From: Actinomycetes bacterium
GTDB taxonomy: Bacteria > Actinomycetota > Acidimicrobiia > Acidimicrobiales > Bog-793
Reading direction: 5' to 3'
NCBI GenBank assembly: GCA_021794645.1
Contig: JAJYQK010000101.1
Span: 337 to 57,086 of the forward strand
Length of the DNA: 56,750 nucleotides
Part shown: in pieces, positions 56,138 through 56,750 of the stretch
How positions within the stretch are numbered: position 1 is the first letter of the stretch
Layout of the letters: each line of letters begins with the position of its first letter
The notes under the pieces: model-generated
Seen by the model: the letters and a program-made list of their open reading frames with translations, nothing else
What the model was told of the DNA's origin: nothing
The model's database searches: none
Translations under genes and position numbers: made by a program

Positions 56138-56577
56138 AGGCCCTTTCGCATCTGGAGCGAGGTCGTCTCGTAGCCGGCCGACTCATAGAGGCTCCTGGCG
56201 GCGGTGTTGGGGCCGAAGACGTTCAGCCCGAGCGTGGCGAGGCCGCGGGCCGCGCACGTTGCCTCGGCGGCCGAGAGGACGGCGCGGCCATAGCCCCTTC
56301 CCCGCTCGGCCGGCTCCACCTCGATGTAGTAGATCCAGCCCTCGTCCGGGCGGGGTCGCCCGAAGGCCAACCAGAGCCGGCCGACCGGGCGGCCCTCCGC
56401 CTCGGCGGTGAAAAGGGCCATGTCCTTTGTGGCCACCCCGTCGGGCAGCAGCTGGTCCAGCTCGGCCACCGCCTTCTGACGGGCCTCGTCGGCCGCCCAC
56501 TGCCCCGCCTCGACATGGCTGGCGGCATAACCGGTCACGAGGCGGTCCACCAGCTCGGCGTACTCGGCCTGTGTCAT
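56134..56577 (-). CDS. GNAT-family N-acetyltransferase
   Basis: From the internal Met: MTQAEYAELV... Motif A IEVEPAERGRGYGRAVLSAAE and C-terminal ARSLYESAGY. The Arg-rich upstream 44 codons are unlikely to be coding. Confidence 0.8.
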   Translation of the reverse strand: MTQAEYAELVDRLVTGYAASHVEAGQWAADEARQKAVAELDQLLPDGVATKDMALFTAEAEGRPVGRLWLAFGRPRPDEGWIYYIEVEPAERGRGYGRAVLSAAEATCAARGLATLGLNVFGPNTAARSLYESAGYETTSLQMRKGL

Positions 56578-56750
56578 CGGCCGCAGCGCCACGGACGGGT
56601 TCACCCCGGGCCCCCCGCGACGGCGGCGGGACCGACGAGGCTGTCGTCTCTCTCTTCTGCCTCTTCTGCGGAGGGGACCCGCCTGTCGGCCTGCCGGCGG
56701 TGGCCGCAAGAGGAGATGAGAAGGACGCCCTGGCCAGAGGGCTCCGAGAG

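Overview
This is a 56.75-kb, roughly 70% GC (by eye), densely coding segment of actinobacterial type, and many adjacent genes overlap by 1-4 nt at start/stop. All calls rest on reading the ORF translations and DNA by eye, with no database searches, so family assignments come from remembered motifs and start codons are often uncertain.

Gene content, left to right:
- Fragment of an integrative element: tyrosine recombinase 3' end, RepSA-like HUH replication initiator, DUF2321-like zinc-ribbon protein, orphan Dam-type methylase.
- addB-addA helicase-nuclease operon.
- Heat-shock cluster: J-domain protein, hspR and an unknown gene, divergent from hsp20.
- rsbQ-rsbP-like hydrolase / PAS-PP2C pair.
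- About 0.7 kb with no convincing gene.
- hutH-hutU-hutF-hutI.
- cysH, a GNAT, an epimerase, uppS, recO, a ROK regulator, glyQS, two SAM methyltransferases and ppdK.
- dnaG-rpoD, tRNA-Asn, a PPOX/F420 protein, an MFS transporter and tRNA-Met(CAU).
- A ~6.7-kb decayed genomic island.
- An OmpR/histidine-kinase pair coupled to a NOX-like ferric reductase, an FMN-binding protein, ApbE and a Kelch/beta-propeller membrane protein.
- Dienelactone hydrolase, an MDR oxidoreductase and a GNAT.

No rRNA genes or CRISPR arrays were seen.

Most interesting observations:
- The island (38995-45719) is bounded by an imperfect direct repeat of the tRNA-Met 3' end. It carries an ISL3 transposase relic, a PNGase A-like secreted protein, a Cys-rich secreted unknown, and an HTH/TPR-like pair of unknown function.
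- The flavin-based redox operon at 45911-53078 looks like one unit but has no characterised function that I know of.
- The unassigned 14537-15243 stretch has no convincing ORF or recognisable RNA.
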